A DNA stretch of 64,000 nucleotides from Eledone cirrhosa. Lineage: Eukaryota. The translations under genes and the position numbers were made by a program. The stretch lies in the NCBI GenBank assembly GCA_964016885.1, contig OZ024743.1, forward strand, positions 316,820,001 to 316,884,000. Direction: 5' to 3'. Positions 1 through 18,000 of the stretch are shown one piece after another; the first letter of the stretch is position 1; each line of letters begins with the position of its first letter. A model generated the notes under the pieces. That model saw nothing but the letters and a program-made list of their open reading frames with translations. It did not search any database and was not told the origin of the DNA.

Positions 1-3000
1 GAACAATTACACCAATGTTCATCTATATAATGTATGTAAGGGACCATGAACAATTACACCAATGTTCATCTATATAATGTATGTAAGGGACCATGAACAA
101 TTACACCAATGTTCATCTATATAATGTATGTAAGAGACCATGAACAATTGCACCAATGCTAATCTATATAATGTATGTAAGGGACCATGAACAATTGCAC
201 CAATGCTAATCTATATAATGTATGTAAGGGACCATGAACAATTGCACCAATGCTAATCTATATAATGTATGTAAGGGACCATGAACAATTGCACCAATGT
301 TCATCTATATAATGTATGTAAGAGACCATGAACAATTGCACCAATGTTCATCTATATAATGTATGTAAGAGACCATGAACAATTGCACCAATGCTAATCT
401 ATATAATGTATGTAAGGGACCATGAACAATTGCACCAATGTTCATCTATATAATGTATGTAAGGGACCATGAACAATTGCACCAATGCTAATCTATATAA
501 TGTATGTAAGGGACCATGAACAATTACACCAATGTTCATCTATATAATGTATGTAAGGGACCATGAACAATTACACCAATGTTCATCTATATAATGTATG
601 TAAGGGACCATGAACAATTGCACCAATGCTAATCTATATAATGTATGTAAGGGACCATGAACAATTGCACCAATGTTCATCTATATAATGTATGTAAGGG
701 ACCATGAACAATTGCACCAATGTTCATCTATATAATGTATCTAAGGGACCATGCACAATTGTACCAATGTTCATCTATATAATGTATGTAAGGGACCATG
801 AACAATTGCACCAATGTTCATCTATATAATGTATGTACGGGACCATGAACAATTACACCAATGTTCATCTATATAATGTATGTAAGGGACCATGAACAAT
901 TACACCAATGTTCATCTATATAATGTATGTAAGAGACCATGAACAATTGCACCAATGCTAATCTATATAATGTATGTAAGGGACCATGAACAATTGCACC
1001 AATGCTAATCTATATAATGTATGTAAGGGACCATGAACAATTGCACCAATGCTAATCTATATAATGTATGTAAGGGACCATGAACAATTGCACCAATGCT
1101 AATCTATATAATGTATGTAAGGAACCATGAACAATTGCACCAATGCTAATCTATATAATGTATGTAAGAGACCATGAACAATTGCACCAATGCTAATCTA
1201 TATAATGTATGTAAGGGACCATGAACAATTGCACCAATGCTAATCTATATAATGTATGTAAGGGACCATGAACAATTGCACCAATGCTAATCTATATAAT
1301 GTATGTAAGGGACCATGAACAATTGCACCAATGTTCATCTATATAATGTATGTAAGAGACCATGAACAATTGCACCAATGTTCATCTATATAATGTATGT
1401 AAGAGACCATGAACAATTGCACCAATGCTAATCTATATAATGTATGTAAGGGACCATGAACAATTGCACCAATGTTCATCTATATAATGTATGTAAGGGA
1501 CCATGAACAATTGCACCAATGCTAATGTATATAATGTATGTAAGGGACCATGAACAATTACACCAATGTTCATCTATATAATGTATGTAAGGGACCATGA
1601 ACAATTACACCAATGTTCATCTATATAATGTATGTAAGGGACCATGAACAATTGCACCAATGCTAATCTATATAATGTATGTAAGGGACCATGAACAATT
1701 GCACCAATGTTCATCTATATAATGTATGTAAGGGACCATGAACAATTGCACCAATGTTCATCTATATAATGTATCTAAGGGACCATGAACAATTGCACCA
1801 ATGCTAATCTATATAATGTATGTAAGGGACCATGAACAATTGCACCAATGTTCATCTATATAATGTATGTAAGAGACCATGAACAATTGCACCAATGTTC
1901 ATCTATATAATGTATCTAAGGGACCATGCACAATTGTACCAATGTTCATCTATATAATGTATGTAAGGGACCATGAACAATTGTACCAATGTTCATCTAT
2001 ATAATGTATGTAAGGGACCATGAACAATTACACCAATGTTCATCTATATAATGTATGTAAGGGACCATGAACAATTGCACCAATGCTAATCTATATAATG
2101 TATGTAAGGGACCATGAACAATTGCACCAATGCTAATCTATATAATGTATGTAAGGGACCATGAACAATTGCACCAATGTTCATCTATATAATGTATGTA
2201 AGGGACCATGAACAATTGCACCAATGTTCATCTATATAATGTATGTAAGAGACCATGAACAATTGCACCAATGCAAATCTATATAATGTATGTAAGGGAC
2301 CATGAACAATTGCACCAATGCTAATCTATATAATGTATGTAAGGGACCATGAACAATTGCACCAATGTTCATCTATATAATGTATGTAAGAGACCATGAA
2401 CAATTGCACCAATGCTAATCTATATAATGTATGTAAGGGACCATGAACAATTGCACCAATGCTAATCTATATAATGTATGTAAGGGACCATGAACAATTG
2501 CACCAATGTTCAACTATATAGTGTATGTAAGGGACCATGAACAATTACACCAATGTTCATCTATATAATGTATGTAAGGGACCATGAACAATTACACCAA
2601 TGTTCATCTACATAATGTATGTAAGGGACCATGAACAATTGCACCAATGTTCATCTATATAATGTATGTAAGGGACCATGAACAATTGCACCAATGCTAA
2701 TCTATATATTGTATGTAAGGGACCATGAACAATTGCACCAATGTTCAACTATATAATGTATGTAAGGGACCATGAACAATTGCACCAATGCTAATCTATA
2801 TAATGTATGTAAGGGACCATGAACAATTGCACCAATGTTCATCTATATAATGTATGTAAGGGACCATGAACAATTGCACCAATGCTAATCTATATAATGT
2901 ATGTAAGGGACCATGAACAATTGCACCAATGTTCATCTATATAATGTATGTAAGGGACCATGAACAATTGCACCAATGCTAATCTATATAATGTATGTAA

Positions 3001-6000
3001 GGGACCTTGAACAATTGCACCAATGCTAATCTATATAATGTATGTAAGGGACCATGAACAATTGCACCAATGTTCAACTATATAATGTATGTAAGGGACC
3101 ATGAACAATTGCACCAATGCTAATCTATATAATGTATGTAAGGGACCATGAACAATTGCACCAATGTTCATCTATATAATGTATGTAAGGGACCATGAAC
3201 AATTGCACCAATGCTAATCTATATAATGTATGTAAGGGACCATGAACAATTGCACCAATGCTAATCTATATAATGTATGTAAGGGACCATGAACAATTGC
3301 ACCAATGTTCATCTATATAATGTATGTAAGGGACCATGAACAATTGCACCAATGCTAATCTTAATAATGTATGTAAGGGACCATGAACAATTGCACCAAT
3401 GCTAATCTTAATAATGTATGTAAGGGACCATGAACAATTGCACCAATGCTAATCTTAATAATGTATGTAAGGGACCATGAACAATTGCACCAATGCTAAT
3501 CTTAATAATGTATGTAAGGGACCATGAACAATTGCACCAATGCTAATCTATATAATGTATGTAAGGGACCATGAACAATTGCACCAATGTTCATCTATAT
3601 AATGTATGTAAGGGACCATGAACAATTGCACCAATGCTAATCTTAATAATGTATGTAAGGGACGATGAACAATTGCACCAATCCTAATCTATATAATGTA
3701 TGTAAGGGACCATGAACAATTGCACCTATGTTCATCTATATAATGTATGTAAGGGACCATGAACAATTGCACCAATGCTAATCTTAATAATGTATGTAAG
3801 GGACCATGAACAATTGCACCAATGCTAATCTTAATAATGTATGTAAGGGACCATGAACAATTGCACCAATGCTAATCTTAATAATGTATGTAAGGGACCA
3901 TGAACAATTGCACCAATGCTAATCTTAATAATGTATGTAAGGGACCATGAACAATTGCACCAATGCTAATCTATATAATGTATGTAAGGGACCATGAACA
4001 ATTGCACCAATGTTCATCTATATAATGTATGTAAGGGACCATGAACAATTGCACCAATGCTAATCTTAATAATGTATGTAAGGGACCATGAACAATTGCA
4101 CCAATGCTAATCTATATAATGTATGTAAGGGACCATGAACAATTGCACCAATGCTAATCTATATAATGTATGTAAGGGACCATGAACAATTGCACCAATG
4201 TTCATCTATATAATGTATGTAAGGGACCATGAACAATTGCACCAATGCTAATCTATATAATGTATGTAAGGGTCCATGAACAATTGCACCAATGTTCATC
4301 TATATAGTGTATGTAAGGGACCATGAACAATTGCACCAATGTTCATGTATATAATGTATGTAAGGGACCATGAACAGTTGCACCAATGTTCATCTATATA
4401 ATGTATGTACGGGACCATGAACAAATGCACCAATGTTCATCTATATAATGTATGTAAGGGACCATGAACAATTGCACCAATGTTCATCTATATAATGTAT
4501 GTAAGGGACCATGAACAATTGCACCAATGTTCATCTATATAATGTATGTAAGGGACCATTAACAATTGCACCAATGTTCATCTATATAATGTATGTAAGG
4601 GACCATGAACAATTGCACCAATGTTCATCTATATAATGTATGTAAGGGACCATTAACAACTGCACCAATGTTCATCTATATAATGTATGTAAGGGACCTT
4701 GAACAATTGCACCAATGTTCATCTATATAATGTATGTAAGGGACCATGAACACTTACACCAATGTTCATCTATATAATGTATGTAAGGGACCATGAACAA
4801 TTGCACCAATGTTCATCTATATAATGTATGTAAGGGACCATGAACAATTGCACCAATGTTCATCTATATAATGTATGTAAGGGACCATGAACAATTGCAC
4901 CAATGTTCATCTATATAATGTATGTAAGGGACCTTGAACAATTGCACCAATGTTCATCTATATAATGTATGTAAGGGACCTTGAACAATTGCACCAATGT
5001 TCATCTATATAATGTATGTAAGGGACCATGAACACTTACACCAATGTTCATCTATATAATGTATGTAAGGGACCATGAACAATTGCACCAATGTTCATCT
5101 ATATAATGTATGTAAGGGACCATGAACAATTGCACCAATGTTAATCTATATAATGTATGTAAGGGACCATGAACAATTGCACCAATGTTAATCTATATAA
5201 TGTATGTAAGGGACCATTAACAATTGCACCAATGTTCATCTATATAATGTATGTAAGGGACCATGAACAATTGCACCAATGTTCATCTATATAATGTATG
5301 TAAAGGACCATGAACAATTGCACCAATGTTCATCTATATAATGTATGTAAGGGACCTTGAACAATTGCACCAATGTTCATCTATATAATGTATGTAAGGG
5401 ACCATGAACAATTACACCAATGCTAATCTATATAATGTATGTAAGGGACCATGAACAATTGCACCAATGTTAATCTATATAATGTATGTAAGGGACCATG
5501 AACAATTGCACCAATGTTAATCTATATAATGTATGTAAGGGACCATGAACAATTGCACCAATGCTAATCTATATAATGTATGTAAGGGACCATGAACAAT
5601 TGCACCAATGTTCATCTATATAATGTATGTAAGGGACCATGAACAATTGCACCAATGTTAATCTATATAATGTATGTAAGGGACCATGAACAATTGCACC
5701 AATGTTAATCTATATAATGTATGTAAGGGACCATGAACAATTACACCAATGTTCATCTATATAATGTATGTAAGGGACCATGAACAATTGCACCAATGTT
5801 AATCTATATAATGTATGTAAGGGACCATGAACAATTACACCAATGTTCATCTATATAATGTATGTGAGGGACCATGAACAATTGCACCAATGTTAATCTA
5901 TATAATGTATGTAAGGGACCATGAACAATTACACCAATGTTCATCTATATAGTGTATGTAAGGGACCATGAACAATCGCACCAATGCTAATCTATATAAT

Positions 6001-9000
6001 GTATGTAAGGGACCATGAACAATTGCACCAATGTTCATCTATATAATGTATGTAAGGGACCATGAACAATTGCACCAATGTTCATCTATATAATGTATGT
6101 AAGGGACCATGAACAATTGCACCAATGTTCATCTATATAATGTATGTAAGGGACCATGAACAATTGCACCAATGTTCATCTATATAATGTATGTAAGGGA
6201 CCATGAACAATTACACCAATGTTCATCTATATAATGTATCTAAGGGACCATGAACAATTGCACCAATGCTAATCTATATAATGTATGTAAGGGACCATGA
6301 ACAATTGCACCAATGTTCATCTATATAATGTATGTAAGAGACCATGAACAATTGCACCAATGTTCATCTATATAATGTATCTAAGGGACCATGCACAATT
6401 GTACCAATGTTCATCTATATAATGTATGTAAGGGACCATGAACAATTGTACCAATGTTCATCTATATAATGTATGTAAGGGACCATGAACAATTACACCA
6501 ATGTTCATCTATATAATGTATGTAAGGGACCATGAACAATTGCACCAATGCTAATCTATATAATGTATGTAAGGGACCATGAACAATTGCACCAATGCTA
6601 ATCTATATAATGTATGTAAGGGACCATGAACAATTGCACCAATGTTCATCTATATAATGTATGTAAGGGACCATGAACAATTGCACCAATGTTCATCTAT
6701 ATAATGTATGTAAGAGACCATGAACAATTGCACCAATGCAAATCTATATAATGTATGTAAGGGACCATGAACAATTGCACCAATGCTAATCTATATAATG
6801 TATGTAAGGGACCATGAACAATTGCACCAATGTTCATCTATATAATGTATGTAAGAGACCATGAACAATTGCACCAATGCTAATCTATATAATGTATGTA
6901 AGGGACCATGAACAATTGCACCAATGCTAATCTATATAATGTATGTAAGGGACCATGAACAATTGCACCAATGTTCAACTATATAGTGTATGTAAGGGAC
7001 CATGAACAATTACACCAATGTTCATCTATATAATGTATGTAAGGGACCATGAACAATTACACCAATGTTCATCTACATAATGTATGTAAGGGACCATGAA
7101 CAATTGCACCAATGTTCATCTATATAATGTATGTAAGGGACCATGAACAATTGCACCAATGCTAATCTATATATTGTATGTAAGGGACCATGAACAATTG
7201 CACCAATGTTCAACTATATAATGTATGTAAGGGACCATGAACAATTGCACCAATGCTAATCTATATAATGTATGTAAGGGACCATGAACAATTGCACCAA
7301 TGTTCATCTATATAATGTATGTAAGGGACCATGAACAATTGCACCAATGCTAATCTATATAATGTATGTAAGGGACCATGAACAATTGCACCAATGTTCA
7401 TCTATATAATGTATGTAAGGGACCATGAACAATTGCACCAATGCTAATCTATATAATGTATGTAAGGGACCTTGAACAATTGCACCAATGCTAATCTATA
7501 TAATGTATGTAAGGGACCATGAACAATTGCACCAATGTTCAACTATATAATGTATGTAAGGGACCATGAACAATTGCACCAATGCTAATCTATATAATGT
7601 ATGTAAGGGACCATGAACAATTGCACCAATGTTCATCTATATAATGTATGTAAGGGACCATGAACAATTGCACCAATGCTAATCTATATAATGTATGTAA
7701 GGGACCATGAACAATTGCACCAATGCTAATCTATATAATGTATGTAAGGGACCATGAACAATTGCACCAATGTTCATCTATATAATGTATGTAAGGGACC
7801 ATGAACAATTGCACCAATGCTAATCTTAATAATGTATGTAAGGGACCATGAACAATTGCACCAATGCTAATCTTAATAATGTATGTAAGGGACCATGAAC
7901 AATTGCACCAATGCTAATCTTAATAATGTATGTAAGGGACCATGAACAATTGCACCAATGCTAATCTTAATAATGTATGTAAGGGACCATGAACAATTGC
8001 ACCAATGCTAATCTATATAATGTATGTAAGGGACCATGAACAATTGCACCAATGTTCATCTATATAATGTATGTAAGGGACCATGAACAATTGCACCAAT
8101 GCTAATCTTAATAATGTATGTAAGGGACGATGAACAATTGCACCAATCCTAATCTATATAATGTATGTAAGGGACCATGAACAATTGCACCTATGTTCAT
8201 CTATATAATGTATGTAAGGGACCATGAACAATTGCACCAATGCTAATCTTAATAATGTATGTAAGGGACCATGAACAATTGCACCAATGCTAATCTTAAT
8301 AATGTATGTAAGGGACCATGAACAATTGCACCAATGCTAATCTTAATAATGTATGTAAGGGACCATGAACAATTGCACCAATGCTAATCTTAATAATGTA
8401 TGTAAGGGACCATGAACAATTGCACCAATGCTAATCTATATAATGTATGTAAGGGACCATGAACAATTGCACCAATGTTCATCTATATAATGTATGTAAG
8501 GGACCATGAACAATTGCACCAATGCTAATCTTAATAATGTATGTAAGGGACCATGAACAATTGCACCAATGCTAATCTATATAATGTATGTAAGGGACCA
8601 TGAACAATTGCACCAATGCTAATCTATATAATGTATGTAAGGGACCATGAACAATTGCACCAATGTTCATCTATATAATGTATGTAAGGGACCATGAACA
8701 ATTGCACCAATGCTAATCTATATAATGTATGTAAGGGTCCATGAACAATTGCACCAATGTTCATCTATATAGTGTATGTAAGGGACCATGAACAATTGCA
8801 CCAATGTTCATGTATATAATGTATGTAAGGGACCATGAACAGTTGCACCAATGTTCATCTATATAATGTATGTACGGGACCATGAACAAATGCACCAATG
8901 TTCATCTATATAATGTATGTAAGGGACCATGAACAATTGCACCAATGTTCATCTATATAATGTATGTAAGGGACCATGAACAATTGCACCAATGTTCATC

Positions 9001-12000
9001 TATATAATGTATGTAAGGGACCATTAACAATTGCACCAATGTTCATCTATATAATGTATGTAAGGGACCATGAACAATTGCACCAATGTTCATCTATATA
9101 ATGTATGTAAGGGACCATTAACAACTGCACCAATGTTCATCTATATAATGTATGTAAGGGACCTTGAACAATTGCACCAATGTTCATCTATATAATGTAT
9201 GTAAGGGACCATGAACACTTACACCAATGTTCATCTATATAATGTATGTAAGGGACCATGAACAATTGCACCAATGTTCATCTATATAATGTATGTAAGG
9301 GACCATGAACAATTGCACCAATGTTCATCTATATAATGTATGTAAGGGACCATGAACAATTGCACCAATGTTCATCTATATAATGTATGTAAGGGACCTT
9401 GAACAATTGCACCAATGTTCATCTATATAATGTATGTAAGGGACCTTGAACAATTGCACCAATGTTCATCTATATAATGTATGTAAGGGACCATGAACAC
9501 TTACACCAATGTTCATCTATATAATGTATGTAAGGGACCATGAACAATTGCACCAATGTTCATCTATATAATGTATGTAAGGGACCATGAACAATTGCAC
9601 CAATGTTAATCTATATAATGTATGTAAGGGACCATGAACAATTGCACCAATGTTAATCTATATAATGTATGTAAGGGACCATTAACAATTGCACCAATGT
9701 TCATCTATATAATGTATGTAAGGGACCATGAACAATTGCACCAATGTTCATCTATATAATGTATGTAAAGGACCATGAACAATTGCACCAATGTTCATCT
9801 ATATAATGTATGTAAGGGACCTTGAACAATTGCACCAATGTTCATCTATATAATGTATGTAAGGGACCATGAACAATTACACCAATGCTAATCTATATAA
9901 TGTATGTAAGGGACCATGAACAATTGCACCAATGTTAATCTATATAATGTATGTAAGGGACCATGAACAATTGCACCAATGTTAATCTATATAATGTATG
10001 TAAGGGACCATGAACAATTGCACCAATGCTAATCTATATAATGTATGTAAGGGACCATGAACAATTGCACCAATGTTCATCTATATAATGTATGTAAGGG
10101 ACCATGAACAATTGCACCAATGTTAATCTATATAATGTATGTAAGGGACCATGAACAATTGCACCAATGTTAATCTATATAATGTATGTAAGGGACCATG
10201 AACAATTACACCAATGTTCATCTATATAATGTATGTAAGGGACCATGAACAATTGCACCAATGTTAATCTATATAATGTATGTAAGGGACCATGAACAAT
10301 TACACCAATGTTCATCTATATAATGTATGTGAGGGACCATGAACAATTGCACCAATGTTAATCTATATAATGTATGTAAGGGACCATGAACAATTACACC
10401 AATGTTCATCTATATAGTGTATGTAAGGGACCATGAACAATCGCACCAATGCTAATCTATATAATGTATGTAAGGGACCATGAACAATTGCACCAATGTT
10501 CATCTATATAATGTATGTAAGGGACCATGAACAATTGCACCAATGTTCATCTATATAATGTATGTAAGGGACCATGAACAATTGCACCAATGTTCATCTA
10601 TATAATGTATGTAAGGGACCATGAACAATTGCACCAATGTTCATCTATATAATGTATGTAAGGGACCATGAACAATTACACCAATGTTCATCTATATAAT
10701 GTATGTAAGGGACCATGAACAATTACACCAATGTTCATCTATATAATGTATGTAAGGGACCATGAACAATTGCACCAATGTTCATCTATATAATGTATGT
10801 AAGGGACCATGAACAATTGCACCAATGTTCATCTATATAATGTATGTAAGGGACCATGAACAATTGCACCAATGTTCATCTATATAATGTATGTAAGGGA
10901 CCATGAACAATTGCACCAATGTTAATGTATATAATGTATGTAAGGGACCATGAACAATTGCACCAATGTTAATCTATATAATGTATGTAAGGGACCATGA
11001 ACAATTGCACCAATGTTAATCTATATAATATATGTAAGGGACCATGAACAATTGTACCAATGTTCATCTATATTATGTATGTAAAGGACCATGAACAATT
11101 GCACCAATGTTAATCTATATAATGTATGTAAGGGACCATGAACAATTACACCAATGTTAATCTATATAATGTATGTAAGGGACCATGAACAATTGCACCA
11201 ATGTTCATCTATATAATGTATGTAAGGGACCATGAACAATTACACCAATGTTCATCTATATAATGTATGTAAGGGACCATGAACAATTGCACCAATGTTC
11301 ATCTATATAATGTATGTAAGGGACCATGAACAATTACACCAATGTTCATCTATATAATGTATGTAAGGGACCATGAACAATTGCACCAATGCTAATCTAT
11401 ATAATGTATGTAAGGGACCATGAACAATTGCACCAATGTTCATCTATATAATGTATGTAAGGGACCATGAACAATTGTATCAATGTTCATCTATATAATG
11501 TATGTAAGGGACCATGAACAATTACACCAATGTTCATCTATATAATGTATGTAAGGGACCATGAACAATTACACCAATGTTCATCTATATAATGTATGTA
11601 AGGGACCATGAACAATTGCACCAATGCTAATCTATATAATATATGTAAGGGACCATGAACAGTTGCACCAATGTTAATCTATATAATGTATGTAAGGGAC
11701 CATGAACAATTGCACCAATGCTAATCTATATAATGTATGTAAGGGACCATGAACAATTGCACCAATGTTCATCTATATAATGTATGTAAGGGACCATGAA
11801 CAATTGCACAAATGCTAATCTATATAATGTATGTAAGGGACCATGAACAGTTGCACCAATGTTAATCTATATAATGTATGTAAGGGACCATGAACAATTG
11901 CACCAATGCTAATCTATATAATGTATGTAAGGGACCATGAACAGTTGCACCAATGTTAATCTATATAATGTATGTAAGGGACCATGAACAGTTGCACCAA

Positions 12001-15000
12001 TGCTAATCTATATAATGTATGTAAGGGACCATGAACAGTTGCACCAATGTTCATCTATATAATATATGTAAGGGACCATGAACAATTGCACCAATGTTCA
12101 TCTATATAATGTATGTAAGGGACCATGAACAATTGCACCAATGCTAATCTATATAATGTATGTAAGGGACCATGAACAATTGCACCAATGTTCATCTATA
12201 TAATGTATGTAAGGGACCATGAACAATTGCACCAATGTTCATCTATATAATGTATGTAAGGGACCATGAACAGTTGCACCAATGTTCATCTATATAATAT
12301 ATGTAAGGGACCATGAACAATTGCACCAATGTTCATCTATATAATGTATGTAAGGGACCATGAACAATTGCACCAATGTTCATCTATATAATGTATGTAA
12401 GGGACCATGAACAATTGCACCAATGTTCATCTATATAATGTATGTAAGGGACCATGAACAATTGCACCAATGTTCATCTATATAATGTATGTAAGGGACC
12501 ATGAACAATTGCACCAATGTTCATCTATATAATGTATGTAAGGGACCATGAACAATTGCACCAATGCTAATCTATATAATGTATGTAAGGGACCATGAAC
12601 AATTGCACCAATGTTCATCTATATAATGTATGTAAGGGACCATGAACAATTGCACCAATGTTCATCTATATAATGTATGTAAGGGACCATGAACAATTGC
12701 ACCAATGTTCATCTATATAATGTATGTAAGGGACCATGAACAATTGCACCAATGTTCATCTATATAATGTATGTAAGGGACCATGAACAATTGCACCAAT
12801 GTTAATCTATATAATGTATGTAAGGGACCATGAACAATTACACCAATGTTCATCTATATAATGTATGTAAGGGACCATGAACAATTACACCAATGTTCAT
12901 CTATATAATGTATGTAAGGGACCATGAACAATTACACCAATGTTCATCTATATAATGTATGTAAGGGACCATGAACAATTGCACCAATGTTCATCTATAT
13001 AATGTATGTAAGGGACCATGAACAATTGCACCAATGTTCATCTATATAATTTATGTAAGGGACCATGAACAATTGCACCAATGTTCATCTATATAATGTA
13101 TGTAAGGGACCATGAACAATTGCACCAATGTTAATCTATATAATGTATGTAAGGGACCATGAACAATTACACCAATGTTCATCTATATAATGTATGTAAG
13201 GGACCATGAACAATTGCACCAATGTTAATCTATATAATATATGTAAGGGACCATGAACAATTGTACCAATGTTCATCTATATTATGTATGTAAAGGACCA
13301 TGAACAATTGCACCAATGTTAATCTATATAATGTATGTAAGGGACCATGAACAATTACACCAATGTTCATCTATATAATGTATGTAAGGGACCATGAACA
13401 ATTGCACCAATGTTCATCTATATAATGTATGTAAGGGACCATGAACAATTACACCAATGTTCATCTATATAATGTATGTAAGGGACCATGAACAATTGCA
13501 CCAATGCTAATCTATATAATATATGTAAGGGACCATGAACAGTTGCACCAATGTTAATCTATATAATGTATGTAAGGGACCATGAACAATTGCACCAATG
13601 CTAATCTATATAATGTATGTAAGGGACCATGAACAATTGCACCAATGTTCATCTATATAATGTATGTAAGGGACCATGAACAATTGCACCAATGCTAATC
13701 TATATAATGTATGTAAGGGACCATGAACAGTTGCACCAATGTTAATCTATATAATGTATGTAAGGGACCATGAACAATTGCACCAATGCTAATCTATATA
13801 ATGTATGTAAGGGACCATGAACAGTTGCACCAATGTTAATCTATATAATGTATGTAAGGGACCATGAACAGTTGCACCAATGCTAATCTATATAATGTAT
13901 GTAAGGGACCATGAACAGTTGCACCAATGTTCATCTATATAATATATGTAAGGGACCATGAACAATTGCACCAATGTTCATCTATATAATGTATGTAAGG
14001 GACCATGAACAATTGCACCAATGCTAATCTATATAATGTATGTAAGGGACCATGAACAATTGCACCAATGTTCATCTATATAATGTATGTAAGGGACCAT
14101 GAACAATTGCACCAATGTTCATCTATATAATGTATGTAAGGGACCATGAACAGTTGCACCAATGTTCATCTATATAATATATGTAAGGGACCATGAACAA
14201 TTGCACCAATGTTCATCTATATAATGTATGTAAGGGACCATGAACAGTTGCACCAATGTTCATCTATATAATATATGTAAGGGACCATGAACAATTGCAC
14301 CAATGTTCATCTATATAATGTATGTAAGGGACCATGAACAGTTGCACCAATGTTCATCTATATAATATATGTAAGGGACCATGAACAATTGCACCAATGT
14401 TCATCTATATAATATATGTAAGGGACCATGAACAATTGCACCAATGTTCATCTATATAATGTATGTAAGGACCATGAACAATTGCACCAATGTTCATCTA
14501 TATAATATATGTAAGGGACCATGAACAATTGCACCAATGTTCATCTATATAATGTATGTAAGGGACCATGAACAATTGCACCAATGTTCATCTATATAAT
14601 GTATGTAAGGGACCATGAACAATTGCACCAATGCTAATCTATATAATGTATGTAAGGGACCATGAACAGTTGCACCAATGTTCATCTATATAATGTATGT
14701 AAGGGACCATGAACAGTTGCACCAATGCTAATCTATATAATGTATGTAAGGGACCATGAACAGTTGCACCAATGTTCATCTATATAATATATGTAAGGGA
14801 CCATGAACAATTGTACCAATGTTCATCTATATAATGTATGTAAGGGACCATGAACAATTGCACCAATGCTAATCTATATAATGTATGTAAGGGACCATGA
14901 ACAATTACACCAATGTTCATCTACATAATGTATGTAAGGGACCATGAACAATTGCACCAATGTTCATCTATATAATGTATGTAAGGGACCATGAACAATT

Positions 15001-18000
15001 GTACCAATGTTCATCTATATAATGTATGTAAGGGACCATGAACGATTGTACCAATGTTCATCTATATAATGTATGTAAGGGACCATGAACAATTGTACCA
15101 ATGTTCATCTATATAATGTATGTAAGGGACCATGAACAATTGTACCAATGTTCATCTATATAATGTATGTAAGGGACCATGAACAATTGTACCAATGTTC
15201 ATCTATATAATGTATGTAAGGGACCATGAACAATTGTACCAATGTTCATCTATATAATGTATGTAAGGGACCATGAACAATTGCACCAATGCTAATCTAT
15301 ATAATGTATGTAAGGGACCATGAACAAATGCACCAATGTTCATCTATATAATGTATGTAAGGGACCATGAACAATTGCACCAATGTTCATCTATATAATG
15401 TATGTAAGGGACCATGAACAATTGCACCAATGTTCATCTATATAATGTATGTAAGGGACCATGAACAGTTGCACCAATGTTCATCTATATAATATATGTA
15501 AGGGACCATGAACAATTGCACCAATGTTCATCTATATAATGTATGTAAGGGACCATGAACAATTGTACCAATGTTCATCTATATAATGTATGTAAGGGAC
15601 CATGAACAATTGCACCAATGATAATCTATATAATGTATGTAAGGGACCATGAACAATTGTACCAATGTTCATCTATATAATGTATGTAAGGGACCATGAA
15701 CAATTGCACCAATGTTCATCTATATAATGTATGTAAGGGACCATGAACAAATGCACCAATGTTCATCTATATAATGTATGTAAGGGACCATGAACAATTG
15801 CACTAATGTTCATCTATATAATGTATGTAAGGGACCATGAACAATTGCACTAATGTTCATCTATATAATGTATGTAAGGGACCATGAACAATTGCACCAA
15901 TGTTCATCTATATAATATATGTAAGGGGCCATGAACAATTGCACCAATGCTAATCTATATAATGTATGTAAGGGACCATGAACAATTGCACCAATGCTAA
16001 TCTTAATAATGTATGTAAGGGACCATGAACAATTGCACCAATGCTAATCTATATAATGTATGTAAGGGACCATGAACAATTACACCAATGTTCATCTACA
16101 TAATGTATGTAAGGGACCATGAACAATTGCACCAATGTTCATCTACATAATGTATGTAAGGGACCATGAACAATTGCACCAATGTTCATCTATATAATGT
16201 ATGTAAGGGACCATGAACAATTGCACCAATGCTAATCTATATAATGTATGTAAGGGACCATGAACAATTGCACCAATGCTAATCTATATAATGTATGTAA
16301 GGGACCATGAACAATTGCACCAATGTTCATCTATATAATGTATGTAAGGGACCATGAACAATTGCACCAATGTTCATCTATATAATGTATGTAAGGGACC
16401 ATGAACACTTACACCAATGTTCATCTATATAATGTATGTAAGGGACCATGAACAATTGCACCAATGTTCATCTATATAATGTATGTAAGGGACCTTGAAC
16501 AATTGCACCAATGCTAATCTATATAATGTATGTAAGGGACCATGAACAGTTGCACCAATGCTAATCTATATAATGTATGTAAGGGACCATGAACAGTTGC
16601 ACCAATGTTCATCTATATAATATATGTAAGGGACCATGAACAATTGCACCAATGTTCATCTATATAATGTATGTAAGGGACCATGAACAATTGCACCAAT
16701 GCTAATCTATATAATGTATGTAAGGGACCATGAACAATTGCACCAATGTTCATCTATATAATGTATGTAAGGGACCATGAACAATTGCACCAATGTTCAT
16801 CTATATAATGTATGTAAGGGACCATGAACAGTTGCACCAATGTTCATCTATATAATATATGTAAGGGACCATGAACAGTTGCACCAATGTTCATCTATAT
16901 AATGTATGTAAGGGACCATGAACAGTTGCACCAATGTTCATCTATATAATATATGTAAGGGACCATGAACAATTGCACCAATGTTCATCTATATAATGTA
17001 TGTAAGGGACCATGAACAGTTGCACCAATGTTCATCTATATAATATATGTAAGGGACCATGAACAATTGCACCAATGTTCATCTATATAATATATGTAAG
17101 GGACCATGAACAATTGCACCAATGTTCATCTATATAATGTATGTAAGGACCATGAACAATTGCACCAATGTTCATCTATATAATATATGTAAGGGACCAT
17201 GAACAATTGCACCAATGTTCATCTATATAATGTATGTAAGGGACCATGAACAATTGCACCAATGTTCATCTATATAATGTATGTAAGGGACCATGAACAA
17301 TTGCACCAATGCTAATCTATATAATGTATGTAAGGGACCATGAACAGTTGCACCAATGTTCATCTATATAATGTATGTAAGGGACCATGAACAGTTGCAC
17401 CAATGCTAATCTATATAATGTATGTAAGGGACCATGAACAGTTGCACCAATGTTCATCTATATAATATATGTAAGGGACCATGAACAATTGTACCAATGT
17501 TCATCTATATAATGTATGTAAGGGACCATGAACAATTGCACCAATGCTAATCTATATAATGTATGTAAGGGACCATGAACAATTACACCAATGTTCATCT
17601 ACATAATGTATGTAAGGGACCATGAACAATTGCACCAATGTTCATCTATATAATGTATGTAAGGGACCATGAACAATTGTACCAATGTTCATCTATATAA
17701 TGTATGTAAGGGACCATGAACGATTGTACCAATGTTCATCTATATAATGTATGTAAGGGACCATGAACAATTGTACCAATGTTCATCTATATAATGTATG
17801 TAAGGGACCATGAACAATTGTACCAATGTTCATCTATATAATGTATGTAAGGGACCATGAACAATTGTACCAATGTTCATCTATATAATGTATGTAAGGG
17901 ACCATGAACAATTGTACCAATGTTCATCTATATAATGTATGTAAGGGACCATGAACAATTGCACCAATGCTAATCTATATAATGTATGTAAGGGACCATG